DNA of 63,970 bases, the filler included. It is 9 parts of 9 records of this genome, joined end to end, with 100 filler letters (N's around TTAATTAATTAA, not from the genome) between each part and the next. Parts side by side here need not be neighbours in the genome. Positions count along the whole stretch, not along the records: positions 31,775 to 39,782 come from SRR31147125_56254; positions 39,883 to 46,020 come from SRR31147125_56286; positions 46,121 to 51,794 come from SRR31147125_56378; 6 more parts are not named here. The stretch is one strand, 5' to 3'. Shown here piece after piece: positions 39,675-49,387 of this stretch (the stretch's first letter is position 1; each line of letters starts with the position of its first letter). The position numbers and the translations under genes were made by a program. The notes beneath the pieces are model-generated. The model was given only the letters and a program-made list of their open reading frames with translations. It did not search any database and was not told the origin of the DNA.

Positions 39675-39782
39675 TTTCAGTAATGAATGAAACGATGAAG
39701 CGATCTCTCTCAATTATATGAATCGTGATTTGATCTGACATTCCTTGAGATTATGTGTAGTAGTTCAGATGAGATCTGACAG

Positions 39783-39882
39783 NNNNNNNNNNNNNNNNNN
39801 NNNNNNNNNNNNNNNNNNNNNNNNNNTTAATTAATTAANNNNNNNNNNNNNNNNNNNNNNNNNNNNNNNNNNNNNNNNNNNN
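39783..39882. other. Artificial contig spacer
   Basis: N44-TTAATTAATTAA-N44. Confidence 0.98.
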
Positions 39883-41094
39883 GGGAACAGAACTGCGGGC
39901 AAACCATAGCTCGCCGTGAATCTGAATCCGGCCGTTGGGGCTCAGCGAACGCTTGACGACCCCGACCTCACCGATCAAGCCCAAGCCACCGGTCATGGGC
40001 CGCCGGAATTGGGTGCGGAAAACCAGCCAGGCGACCCCCACGAAAAAACCGCCCACCACGGTCAGAGTCGGCATGATCACGCTCCAGGAAATCCCCGGCA
40101 GCCCGCTGCCGCGATCGACCAGCATCACCGATCCGAGCAACAGACAGATAACACCGGCCACACTGAGCAGGCCATAACTGGTGACTTTCATTTCCAGGAT
40201 AAAAAAGATCAGCGCCAGGACGATCAACAGCACACCGGCGATGTTTACCGGCAGGGTCTGGAATGAATAGAATGCCAGGATGAGGGCGATGCTGCCGATG
40301 ACCCCCGGCAGGATCACGCCGGGATGGGCAAGCTCGAAATAGAGACCGGCCAGGCCGATCATCATCAATATGTATGCGATGTTGGGATCACTCAGGATTT
40401 TGAGCACCCGGGTGCGCACGGATGCCGCCACCCACACGCGGTTGGTCGGATCGATTTCAATGGCAGCCTTGCCCTCCACCTGCCTGCCATCGATGCTCTC
40501 GATCAGTTGATCCAGATCCCGTGCCACGACATCGATGATCTTCTGATCAAGCGCCTCGATTTCAGTGACCGACACGCTCTCGCGAACCGCCTTCTCGGCC
40601 CACTCGACATTCCGCCCCCTTTTGGTGGCGATACTTTTTACAAAGGCCACCATATCGTTGGTCACCTTCTCGGCCATGGTTCCCCCGATATCCTTACCGC
40701 CGGCTTGCACCGGGTGGGCAGCTCCGATATGGGTGCCGGTCGCCATAGCGGCCACGTCGGCGGCCATGGTAATCATCACGCCGGCCGATGCGGCCCGGGC
40801 ACCGGATGGCGAGACATATACCACCACTGGGATACGGCAGGCATAAATCGCCATGACCATCTTGCGCATGGATTCGGCCAGCCCACCCGGTGTATCCAGG
40901 ACAACAATCAGACAGCCTGCGCCTTCCGTAGTGGCACGCTCGATGGCAGCATATAGAAAATCGGCATTGCCAGGGGAAATGGCGCCGGTGATCTCGACCA
41001 GGTAAACCGGCGCGCCATCGGCGGCAACCGGGCCGGCCGTGAACAGACCGGCGATAAAGGCCAGTATTAAAAGGGCGATGGGTCGGATTGGCAT
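39883..41094 (-). CDS. nfeD: NfeD-family membrane-bound serine protease (3'-partial)
   Basis: LDTPGGL, RAASAG, IGAAHPV, TM segments, GRIQIHGELW. ATG start at 41094. Confidence 0.88.
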
Positions 41095-41186
41095 GAATAC
41101 CCCCTTTAATAAGGTGGCAAGCAGCGGTAGGTACGGCGCGGGATGCGGGCACGGATAAGTCCGTGGAGCTATCTTTACCCGCGCCC

Positions 41187-41888
41187 CTATTCCAATCGCG
41201 TCATAATCTGCTGGACATCGTTCCATACCTCCCGTTTACGCTGCGCGTTGCGCAATAGAAACGCCGGATGAAAAGTCGGCATCACCGGTATTTCCATGAA
41301 CTCGTGGAACCGTCCCCTGAGGCGGGAGATGGGCGTTTCGGTCTCCAGCAAGGTACGGGCGGCCACGCTGCCCAAGGCGCAAATCACCTTCGGTTGGATC
41401 GCCCTCACTTGTCGTTTCAGAAACGGCAGACATTGACGGATCTCGCCGGATTCGGGATTACGATTGTCAGGCGGACGGCATTTGACAACATTGGCGATGT
41501 AAACCGCCTCCCGGGACAATTTCATGGCCGCGATGATTTTGGTCAGGAGCTGCCCGGCGGCGCCGACAAAGGGACGGCCGCACTGGTCCTCATCAAATCC
41601 TGGACCTTCGCCAACAAACATCAGTCGGGCATCGGCGGCACCTTCACCAAAAACGATATGGGTCCTGGCCTTGCACAGCGGGCAACGGGTACAAGTGCCC
41701 AGATCGGCACGGATATCGTCCAGGGTTTCCGGCGCTGCGCCAACCGGCGTCGCGGGACGTCCCACCTGGGCCAGGGTCTTCAGTCCGACCTCGCCGCAAT
41801 CAAAGCCGGTACAGCCATTTTCCCTAAGATAATGCAGGGTGTTGCGGATGTCGCCAAAAAGTTGCCCCAGGGGGGTGTCGGTGGTCAT
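41187..41888 (-). CDS. Uracil-DNA glycosylase, family 4
   Basis: CTRCPLC, GEGPG..ED..GRPFVG, KCRPP.NR, TFHPAFLLR. Confidence 0.92.
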   Translation of the reverse strand: MTTDTPLGQLFGDIRNTLHYLRENGCTGFDCGEVGLKTLAQVGRPATPVGAAPETLDDIRADLGTCTRCPLCKARTHIVFGEGAADARLMFVGEGPGFDEDQCGRPFVGAAGQLLTKIIAAMKLSREAVYIANVVKCRPPDNRNPESGEIRQCLPFLKRQVRAIQPKVICALGSVAARTLLETETPISRLRGRFHEFMEIPVMPTFHPAFLLRNAQRKREVWNDVQQIMTRLE

Positions 41889-41902
41889 GACAAGGCTCCG
41901 GT

Positions 41903-43129
41903 TCAAAATGATGTTGACGCCGGCATGGCGGCCACCTGATCGAGAATCAGGTGAGCGACCGCGCGCTTTTCCATAACATCCAGCACCACCTTACGGCCAT
42001 CGGCAAAAAACAGGGTCATGCGGTTGGTGTCGGCGGCAAACCCGGAGTCAGGCGGGCCGATAAGGTTGGCGGCAATCATGTCCAGATTCTTTTCGGAAAC
42101 CTTCTTACGGGCATGGGTTTCCATGTCCTGGGTCTCGGCGGCAAACCCCACCAAGATCTGTCCGGGGCGTTTGCGCTGCCCAACCGTTTTAAGTATATCC
42201 GTGGTGCGTTCCAGCGCCAGCGAAATCCCTGCGTCGCCCTTTTTCATCTTTTGAGACGCGGCAGAGACCGGACGATAGTCGGAGACCGCCGCCACCTTGA
42301 TGATCACATGGGCCTGATCCAGCCGCTCGAACACCGCCCGGGCCATTTCATCCACGCTAACCACCGGGACCATATCAACATTAAGCGGCGGCGCCAGGGC
42401 CACCGGCCCGCTGATCAGGGTCACCCGTGCGCCGCGGTTTTCGGCTGCCCGGGCAAGGGCGTATCCCATCTTTCCCGATGACGGGTTACTGATGAAACGC
42501 ACAGGATCGATGGCTTCACGGGTGGGACCGGCGGTAATCAGAATATTTTTGCCGGTCAGATCATCGGGGGTAAGATACCCCACCAGCCGGTCGACGATCT
42601 CCTCAGGTTCGGGAAGACGCCCGGTTCCAATGGTCTTGCAGGCCAGCTCCCCGGCGCCGGGGGCCAGGATGCGGTACCCGTCCGCCGATAGACAATCAAG
42701 GTTCCGCTGGGTGGCGGGGTGCTCGAACATGTTGGAATTCATCGACGGACAGATCATCACCGGGCAGGTAACGGCCAGCATGAAGGTGCTCAAGGCATCG
42801 TCGGCGATGCCATGGGCCAGCTTGGCCACCATATTGGCCGTGGCCGGAGCGACGACCACCCCGTGGGCCTCCTCGGCCCAGGCGATATGCCGGATGGCGG
42901 CATCATCCTTTTCTCCAAAAAGATCAACGCACACCGGATTTTCCGACAGCACTTGGAAAGTCATGGGAGCTACGAAACGGGTCGCGCTACGGGTCATGAT
43001 CACGCGCACCCGAGCACCCATTTTCACCAGTCGCCTAAGCAGTTCCACACTTTTATAAGCGGCAATCCCGCCGCAAACGCCCAGGACGATTTGTTTGTTT
43101 TTCAACACAGTGTTTTGCATGCCAATCAT
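41903..43129 (-). CDS. coaBC: Phosphopantothenoylcysteine decarboxylase / phosphopantothenate-cysteine ligase
   Basis: GGIAAYKS, APATAN, TAGPTREAIDPVRFISNPSSGKMG, VGFAAET. Confidence 0.95.
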   Translation of the reverse strand: MIGMQNTVLKNKQIVLGVCGGIAAYKSVELLRRLVKMGARVRVIMTRSATRFVAPMTFQVLSENPVCVDLFGEKDDAAIRHIAWAEEAHGVVVAPATANMVAKLAHGIADDALSTFMLAVTCPVMICPSMNSNMFEHPATQRNLDCLSADGYRILAPGAGELACKTIGTGRLPEPEEIVDRLVGYLTPDDLTGKNILITAGPTREAIDPVRFISNPSSGKMGYALARAAENRGARVTLISGPVALAPPLNVDMVPVVSVDEMARAVFERLDQAHVIIKVAAVSDYRPVSAASQKMKKGDAGISLALERTTDILKTVGQRKRPGQILVGFAAETQDMETHARKKVSEKNLDMIAANLIGPPDSGFAADTNRMTLFFADGRKVVLDVMEKRAVAHLILDQVAAMPASTSF

Positions 43130-43136
43130 ATTACGT

Positions 43137-43439
43137 CTACTCGCTTAGCCGCTTGTTCCCGGCTTGCCGAATTGAAAGTTGTTGCAGCTGGCGTAGCTCC
43201 TTGTATCGCAGCATCAGGGTGACCCATCGGTCGACCAGCTCGGAAGCTGCTCCCCAATTTTGGGCCCCTTGGGGAATGCGCGCGTCAACATCTTCCAAGG
43301 CCTGTTTCAAATCCGTACGATGCGGTTGTTGCGCCAGCAGGTAACGGTAGACCTCGGCGGCACGCTCGAACCGTCCCTGCCGCGTCAGTAGGCGGGCCAT
43401 GGTTTCCGTATAAAACGTCTTGTCGTCGTCAAATTTCAC
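43137..43439 (-). CDS. Small TPR-like hypothetical protein
   Basis: FYTETMARLLTRQGRFERAAEVYRYLL; GTG start with GAGG RBS. Confidence 0.65.
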   Translation of the reverse strand: MKFDDDKTFYTETMARLLTRQGRFERAAEVYRYLLAQQPHRTDLKQALEDVDARIPQGAQNWGAASELVDRWVTLMLRYKELRQLQQLSIRQAGNKRLSE

Positions 43440-43494
43440 GGTTCGTCCTCGACAGCGTCGGCATGCTTCCGATAACCGCATCGGCGGGTATCCG

Positions 43495-43794
43495 TCAGTT
43501 TCTTTTGCGAACGCCTTTGGGAAAAAGAAGGATCAGGTCGTTTTTACCGATCATCCCCAGTTCGTTCCTCGCCACGGTTTCAATGTAGACCAGATCATGC
43601 TTCAGACGGTCGATGGTGCGGTACAGGTGCACATTTTCCCGCGCCAGGGTTTCGTTTTGTCCGACAAGCGCCTGCTGCTGGGCCCGCAGCCGTGATAGTT
43701 CCACCAATCCGTTGTCGCCAATAATGATAAATAGCAACAGGTTGATCAGCAAGACGGCCGTGCCGCCGATGATCCATTTGAGTCCGCGACTCAT
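43495..43794 (-). CDS. ftsB: Septum formation initiator (FtsB/DivIC family)
   Basis: TM helix, GDNGL, coiled coil, YIETVARNELGM. ATGA overlap with the murJ stop. Confidence 0.8.
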   Translation of the reverse strand: MSRGLKWIIGGTAVLLINLLLFIIIGDNGLVELSRLRAQQQALVGQNETLARENVHLYRTIDRLKHDLVYIETVARNELGMIGKNDLILLFPKGVRKRN

Positions 43795-45410
43795 GCTCGC
43801 CCCAGGCTCCTTTTTATCAACCCCATCACCTGATGCCACTGTGGGATGTCAAGCCACCATGCGGCGGCCGAGAAAACCGCCACGCCGCCACCAATGGCGA
43901 TGCCGGTCATAGTCAACAGCCACCATCCACCCGGAGATGATTGCCCCCCGAGTGACAATTGACGGATCAGCAAAACGGCCAGGGCCATGATTGCCGACGC
44001 GGCCATTGTCTTCATGCAACTGCCAAGGATCAGCCGCCATCGGATCAATCCCAGTTTTTTCCTCAACACATGCACCATCAGCGACAAATTCACCATTGAG
44101 GCCAGTGATGTGGCCAGCGCCAGCCCACCGTGTTTCATCGGGCCCATCAGGGCCAGGCCGAAAAAAAGGTTGGCGGCAATGGATACCGTGGCCGTAATAA
44201 CCGGTGTTCGGGTATCCTGCAGGGCATAAAATGTTGCTACTACAATCCGCACGGCGGCAAAGGCCCATAATCCAAAAGCATAGTACAAAAGCGCCGCCGA
44301 GGTCAATCGCGTGGTCTGCGCGTCAAAGGCGCCATGCTGGAACAAAAGGGCAACGATGGGGTCTCGCAGCACGATGAGCCCGACCATGGCCGGAATGGTG
44401 AGGAACAGCACCAGGCTCATGGCATGGCCGAAGGTTTGGCCCATTGCGGCGCGATCTTCACATGCCGCCTGTCGTGACAAGCTGGGCAGCACCGCCGTGG
44501 CAGCGGCCTGACCGAAAATTCCCAGCGGGAATTGAACCAATCGGTCGGCATAATAGAGGTAGGAAACGCTACCCTCGGCAAGCAGCGACGCAAGCAGGGT
44601 GCCCACCAGAATGTTGATCTGATAGACCGCCGCACCGAAAATGGTCGGCAGCATTAGCACACCGATTTTTTTCATCGCCGGATGCCACAGCCCCGAACGC
44701 GTCCAGAACCGAATGCCATGCTTGACCAGAAAGGGCAGTTGCAGCGCCAACTGGAGCCCCCCTCCGATGAGGACACCACCGGCCAGCCCCAAGACACGAA
44801 GCGTATCCGAATCGGAAAATTGGGAGATGCCGAAAACGGCACCGATCATGGATAGGTTCAGCAGGACCGGCGCGATCGCCGGTGCGGCAAAATGACCGAG
44901 GACGTTGAGAATCCCCATACACAGGGCCACGGTCCCGATCATGATCAAATAGGGAAACATAAGCCGTGTCAGGACAATCGTCAGGGCCATCTTTTCCGGT
45001 TGCTCGGCAAACCCCGGAGCAAGGCTGTGAACGATCAGCGGCGAGGCGACTACACCGATTACCGTGACCAGGGATAAAACGACCAGGAGCAATTTCAAGG
45101 CACTCACGGCCAACCGATGGCCGTCTTCACGATCACCGTTGACCATTATCCCCGTAAACACCGGAACGAATGCGATGCCTAGCGATCCCTCGCCGAACAA
45201 TCGGCGCAGCAAATTAGGTATCCGAAAAGCGGCGATAAAGGCATCGGCCGCCATTCCCGCACCGAAAAAGGATGCCAGGACCATGTCACGGACATAACCG
45301 AAGACCCGGCTGAGCAGGGTAGCGGCCCCGACGATGCCCGCAGCCCAGGTCACCCGGTGGTTTTCATTGATTGTCGGACAATCATTCAATCGACAGTCGG
45401 CTTTTGGCAT
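43791..45410 (-). CDS. murJ: Lipid II flippase MurJ (MviN)
   Basis: LSRVFGYVRD, AFRIPNLLRRLFGEG, YADRLVQFPLG. Confidence 0.95.
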   Translation of the reverse strand: MPKADCRLNDCPTINENHRVTWAAGIVGAATLLSRVFGYVRDMVLASFFGAGMAADAFIAAFRIPNLLRRLFGEGSLGIAFVPVFTGIMVNGDREDGHRLAVSALKLLLVVLSLVTVIGVVASPLIVHSLAPGFAEQPEKMALTIVLTRLMFPYLIMIGTVALCMGILNVLGHFAAPAIAPVLLNLSMIGAVFGISQFSDSDTLRVLGLAGGVLIGGGLQLALQLPFLVKHGIRFWTRSGLWHPAMKKIGVLMLPTIFGAAVYQINILVGTLLASLLAEGSVSYLYYADRLVQFPLGIFGQAAATAVLPSLSRQAACEDRAAMGQTFGHAMSLVLFLTIPAMVGLIVLRDPIVALLFQHGAFDAQTTRLTSAALLYYAFGLWAFAAVRIVVATFYALQDTRTPVITATVSIAANLFFGLALMGPMKHGGLALATSLASMVNLSLMVHVLRKKLGLIRWRLILGSCMKTMAASAIMALAVLLIRQLSLGGQSSPGGWWLLTMTGIAIGGGVAVFSAAAWWLDIPQWHQVMGLIKRSLGRA

Positions 45411-45580
45411 TTGGCATTATTCGATCCGCAAGCGATGCTCGCCGGCAGGCTAACCGACCGGATTTCAATTCCGATGCGGATGCCCGCCATCAAAAACAAG
45501 CCCCTTGACTTTTCCACACAATTTGTCTATTTGGAAGTTTTGTGTTTTTCCAATTCATTTCCGAAAGGAGTAACAGCAAG

Positions 45581-45838
45581 GTGGCTAATCATAAGTCAGC
45601 ATTAAAACGCGCCATTCAAAGTGAGCAACGGCGCCAACGCAACAAGGCCGTTCAGACTCGTGTAAAAAATGTCGTCAAGGATGTGAATCTCGCCATGGCC
45701 GAGAATACGGAAGATGCCGGTCGACAGCTCGACATCGCCAAGTCCGTGATCGATAAAGCGGCGAAACAAGGTGTCTTGCACAAACGCACGGCCGCCAGAA
45801 AGATTTCCCGCTTGGCCAAGAAGGTCAATGCCCAATAG
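45581..45838 (+). CDS. rpsT: 30S ribosomal protein S20
   Basis: GTG-ANHKSALKRAIQSE..., HKRTAARKISRL; AAAGGAG RBS. Confidence 0.95.
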   Translation: MANHKSALKRAIQSEQRRQRNKAVQTRVKNVVKDVNLAMAENTEDAGRQLDIAKSVIDKAAKQGVLHKRTAARKISRLAKKVNAQ

Positions 45839-45934
45839 GCCTGATCGTCCCTGACGGGCGTTACTATGGATAATCGGCAGCGGCGCGCCACTGCCGATTG
45901 TTTCGACACGATTGCGCCGCAGATGCGTAAAGCA

Positions 45935-46020
45935 TCAAAAATCATCCGTCATTCGCATGAAGGCCTGTTCAGCCATTTTCTTGGAAAGTTCGGCAATGGC
46001 ATCAGACTTGTTCTGATCCG
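45935..46020 (-). CDS. C-terminal fragment, possibly LPS-assembly lipoprotein LptE (5'-partial)
   Basis: Manual translation DQNKSDAIAELSKKMAEQAFMRMTDDF*; convergent with rpsT. Fragment is short. Confidence 0.4.
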
Positions 46021-46120
46021 NNNNNNNNNNNNNNNNNNNNNNNNNNNNNNNNNNNNNNNNNNNNTTAATTAATTAANNNNNNNNNNNNNNNNNNNNNNNN
46101 NNNNNNNNNNNNNNNNNNNN
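46021..46120. other. Artificial contig spacer
   Basis: N44-TTAATTAATTAA-N44. Confidence 0.98.
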
Positions 46121-46536
46121 AATGGAACGGCCCGCATAGCGGCTCCGTCATCATTATTCATAACATTATCGATTCCCGATAGCGGCGGATCTATACCTTG
46201 GGAGAGATTCCAGAGGGCACCATATAATGGTGTTCCGCCTCTCTCTTTTGCTCCGCCGTCACTCAGGACTAATCTTCTCCAGGTTTCAGCTACACTTTTA
46301 CTGGTAAATTCACCTTCACAGTCAAGTAATGCCCGCGCTGAAAGTACCGTAAACTCGGTATCATCGGTACTTTTTCCTTCCGGAGGTAATTTCGTCAATA
46401 TACCGAGACGCTGACGTACCGTATCATCTCTGCCAAGGTCTCCGGCAGCATCTCCAACTCCCAATGCGATCATTGCCGCTATGGATCTATCGGTATACTG
46501 CGCATCGGTTATCGTTTTGTTCTCATTTCTTCCCAT
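46121..46536 (-). CDS. ADP-ribosylglycohydrolase family protein (3'-partial)
   Basis: LGVGDAAG, STDDTE, DGAAMR. ATG start at 46536. Confidence 0.85.
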
Positions 46537-46551
46537 TATGATCATCCTTTT

Positions 46552-46577
46552 TGAAAACGTTACCGGTAACGTTTTCA
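46552..46577. promoter_or_regulatory. LacI-type operator (perfect 26-bp palindrome)
   Basis: TGAAAACGTTACCGGTAACGTTTTCA just upstream of the ADP-ribosylglycohydrolase gene. Confidence 0.8.
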
Positions 46578-46631
46578 TTTCATGCTAAATATATAGTGCG
46601 TTCTGAGTATTCTGTACTCTTAGCACCTTTT

Positions 46632-47651
46632 CTATAAATCCTGCTGCATCAACCGTTTGACAGAATCTCTTTCCACAATTTCGGTCGAACAGACTACTTC
46701 CCTGTTCATGGGCTTTTCTGCTGCAATCTCTTCCACCAGCAGGTCGACTCCCGTCTGACCCAGGTGAAACTTAAATGTATCTATGGTGGTAAGTTTCGGC
46801 TGCAGCATTTTGGAAATATCGATATTATCATGCCCCACTACCGATATATCATCCGGTATCTGTAAACCTGCTGCATGGATTGCTTCATATGCCCCGGCAG
46901 CCATTAAATCGTGCGATACAAATACCGCTGTCAGACGGTTTTTCAATGCAAGCAAAGCCTGCATACACTTGAAACCGCTTTCCGCATTATTTGGTCCGGC
47001 ATGTACCAGCTCTTCATCGTATTTGATACCAGCTTCCTGCAGTGCTTTCTTATAGCCTTCCAGACGTTCCTTCCCGGATTGGGTTCCCTCGCCGGTTGTA
47101 ATATGGGCAATTTGCTTATGGTTCATGTCCAGCAGATAGCGTGTCCCCATGTAACCGGACTTCACATTATCGAGCGCTACCGTGGTTACCAGGGATGTAG
47201 AGCTTTTTCGGTAAATCTGGACTACCGGAAAATGTTCCTGACGCAGTTTTTCCAGTTCTTCCTTATTGGCTTCATTAAAGGACAGAATAATACCATCAAC
47301 CTGTTTGCTTCGCAGCAGTCGGACGGCTTCCTTTTCAACTATACTGTCATGGTTTGTATCAAAAAACATGACATTCAACTCGTGGTGTTTTGCCCTGGCA
47401 ACAATACCGCGTGCCAATTCCGGAAAACTGGGGTTGGTGATATCCGGTACGATAAAACCGATTACATTGGAGCGTTTCAGCACCAGTCCGCGTGCTACGA
47501 TATTGGGACTGTATCCGAGATCGGCTATGGCTTTGAGTACTTTTTCCTGTGTCTCCTGCTTAACATCGGGTTTATTGTTCAACACACGTGATACGGTGGT
47601 AACCGATACTTTTGCGTGATTTGCTATGTCCCGAATTGTTACTGCCGCCAT
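46632..47651 (-). CDS. LacI-family transcriptional regulator
   Basis: VTIRDIANHAKVSVTTVSRVLN, YSPN..ARGL, DISVVGHDN..PKLTT. Confidence 0.95.
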   Translation of the reverse strand: MAAVTIRDIANHAKVSVTTVSRVLNNKPDVKQETQEKVLKAIADLGYSPNIVARGLVLKRSNVIGFIVPDITNPSFPELARGIVARAKHHELNVMFFDTNHDSIVEKEAVRLLRSKQVDGIILSFNEANKEELEKLRQEHFPVVQIYRKSSTSLVTTVALDNVKSGYMGTRYLLDMNHKQIAHITTGEGTQSGKERLEGYKKALQEAGIKYDEELVHAGPNNAESGFKCMQALLALKNRLTAVFVSHDLMAAGAYEAIHAAGLQIPDDISVVGHDNIDISKMLQPKLTTIDTFKFHLGQTGVDLLVEEIAAEKPMNREVVCSTEIVERDSVKRLMQQDL

Positions 47652-47677
47652 ATTGTCCCTGTTTGGTTGTTTGAAAC

Positions 47678-47703
47678 TGAAAACGTTACCGGTAACGTTT
47701 TCA
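47678..47703. promoter_or_regulatory. LacI-type operator (identical perfect 26-bp palindrome)
   Basis: TGAAAACGTTACCGGTAACGTTTTCA upstream of the lacI-type gene (autoregulation). Confidence 0.8.
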
Positions 47704-47764
47704 TAAGACTAAATCGAGTATAATACGGTTTTTTCCAGAACGCAAGGGGAAAATAACAAAATAA

Positions 47765-48333
47765 TTACGGACTTACATATCCCCAGACAACAACCGCATT
47801 ACAGCCGCTGCTCCAATTCTGGTTCCAGTCGGGAGGTTGTGAAGCTGCTTTACAATAGATATATTCAAGATTCTCACATTCGGAAAAAATTCCTGAACCT
47901 ATCGTAGTGACTGAATCTGGAATAATGACAGAATCAGACCGGGACATGCCACAAATGCTGATTCTTTTATCTCTTGTACACTTCCCGGAATGGTAACTGA
48001 TGTCAGTGCGGCATTATAGGCACACATCTGCCAGCTGATTTCCTCTGAATACTGTGAAAGGGTTAATGACTGTACATTACTACTGCTGCCGAAAATCATT
48101 GGATAATAGTGCGTAACCTTACGCCCTTCAATAATATCGGGCACAACAACTTCTGTTTCAGTACCTTCATAACTCATAATATAGACTTTGCGTCCTAAAA
48201 TTTTATAGGTGAAATCCCCATACTGCCCCAGCGGTATAACTTCAAGGAACAGCAGATCACATGAGCTGAAACTGATAACAAGGATGAGAATTACCAGTAT
48301 ACATCCGATTTTCATCAAGCTTCTTCTTTTCAT
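47765..48333 (-). CDS. BspA-type leucine-rich-repeat lipoprotein (frameshifted near 47935)
   Basis: Lipobox-like SFSSC; LTSVTIPGSVQEIKESAF and SVIIPDSVTTIGSGIFSEC repeats split across two frames. Confidence 0.75.
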
Positions 48334-48562
48334 ACCTTCCTCCGTGTTGACACCTGCTGAATTTCATATGCAAGGTGAATCTTCAGCAGTATCATCAACT
48401 GGAATAATTACTTGATTTAATCTGAGAAACAGCAAAAGGAGGTAAATCGATAAAGTAATGTTAGCACGAATACTGTCAATTAGAAAGAATTGGGGGTAAA
48501 GATTGTGTTTCTTGCGCTAAGGTCAAACACAGTAACAGTAAAAAACACAGTCTTAATATGTG

Positions 48563-48608
48563 AAAAAAAGGGGATTGTGATGCTTAGCTGCATAGCATGC
48601 ACAATCCC
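48563..48608 (-). terminator. Intrinsic terminator of the ABC operon
   Basis: GGGATTGTG...CACAATCCC stem followed by a T7 run on the minus strand. Confidence 0.7.
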
Positions 48609-48625
48609 GAAAATCGGAGGGTATA

Positions 48626-49378
48626 TCACCACCATTTAATCTGGTCTGTAATATATTGTCTTATGCGAACAAATTCAGGGTCTGTAAAATCGCGAGGATG
48701 AGGAAGATCAATCTTAACTTCTTCTTTTATTGTTGTCGGTTTATTCGACATTATAAGTACTCTTTCTGCCAGATAAACAGCTTCCTCTATATTATGAGTG
48801 ATAAATACAATCGTGCTTTTCAACTCTTCCCAAATACGAAGCACTTCATCTTCTAAGTAGTAACGCATTTTGATGTCCATCTGGCCATATGGTTCATCCA
48901 TTAAAAGAAGATCAGGAAAAGTGATAAAAGCTCTGCCAATGATCACACGCTGTTCACTACTGACAGATAACTGATGTGGATACAGTTTCCTGAATTTCTG
49001 TAATCCAAGCATCTCTATCATATGTTCTACACGTTCATTCATTACATTTTTTGGCAGTCGTTTTATTTTCATTCCGAATTTCAAATTTTCTTCCACATTC
49101 AGCCATGGAATGGACGAAGGTTCCTGAAATGCAAATGATAAGCTGTGTTTTTTAGGATCCGCTGGCTCTCCATCTATATATAAATCCCCGGAGGTAGGCT
49201 GTATTATTCTGGTTAGCAGATTCAGAAATGTGGTTTTCCCGCATCCCGTAGGACCTACTACAACAACAAATTCACCTTTGTTTACAGAAAAATTCAGATC
49301 CTTGAGTACATGAAGCGACCCGAATTTCTTATTTAGTCCACGAACTTCAATTTTGGCTTTAGATGATACATTACTCAT
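48626..49378 (-). CDS. ABC transporter ATP-binding protein (nitrate/sulfonate/taurine type)
   Basis: GPTGCGKTT, MDEPYGQMD, ITHN; degenerate signature LSVSS. Confidence 0.9.
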   Translation of the reverse strand: MSNVSSKAKIEVRGLNKKFGSLHVLKDLNFSVNKGEFVVVVGPTGCGKTTFLNLLTRIIQPTSGDLYIDGEPADPKKHSLSFAFQEPSSIPWLNVEENLKFGMKIKRLPKNVMNERVEHMIEMLGLQKFRKLYPHQLSVSSEQRVIIGRAFITFPDLLLMDEPYGQMDIKMRYYLEDEVLRIWEELKSTIVFITHNIEEAVYLAERVLIMSNKPTTIKEEVKIDLPHPRDFTDPEFVRIRQYITDQIKWW

Positions 49379-49387
49379 TGCATACTC

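Noticed and set aside
46121-46536. ADP-ribosylglycohydrolase as part of the STAND-Nudix-RelA system
   Set aside because: It is on a different contig from an apparently different organism and has its own LacI control.
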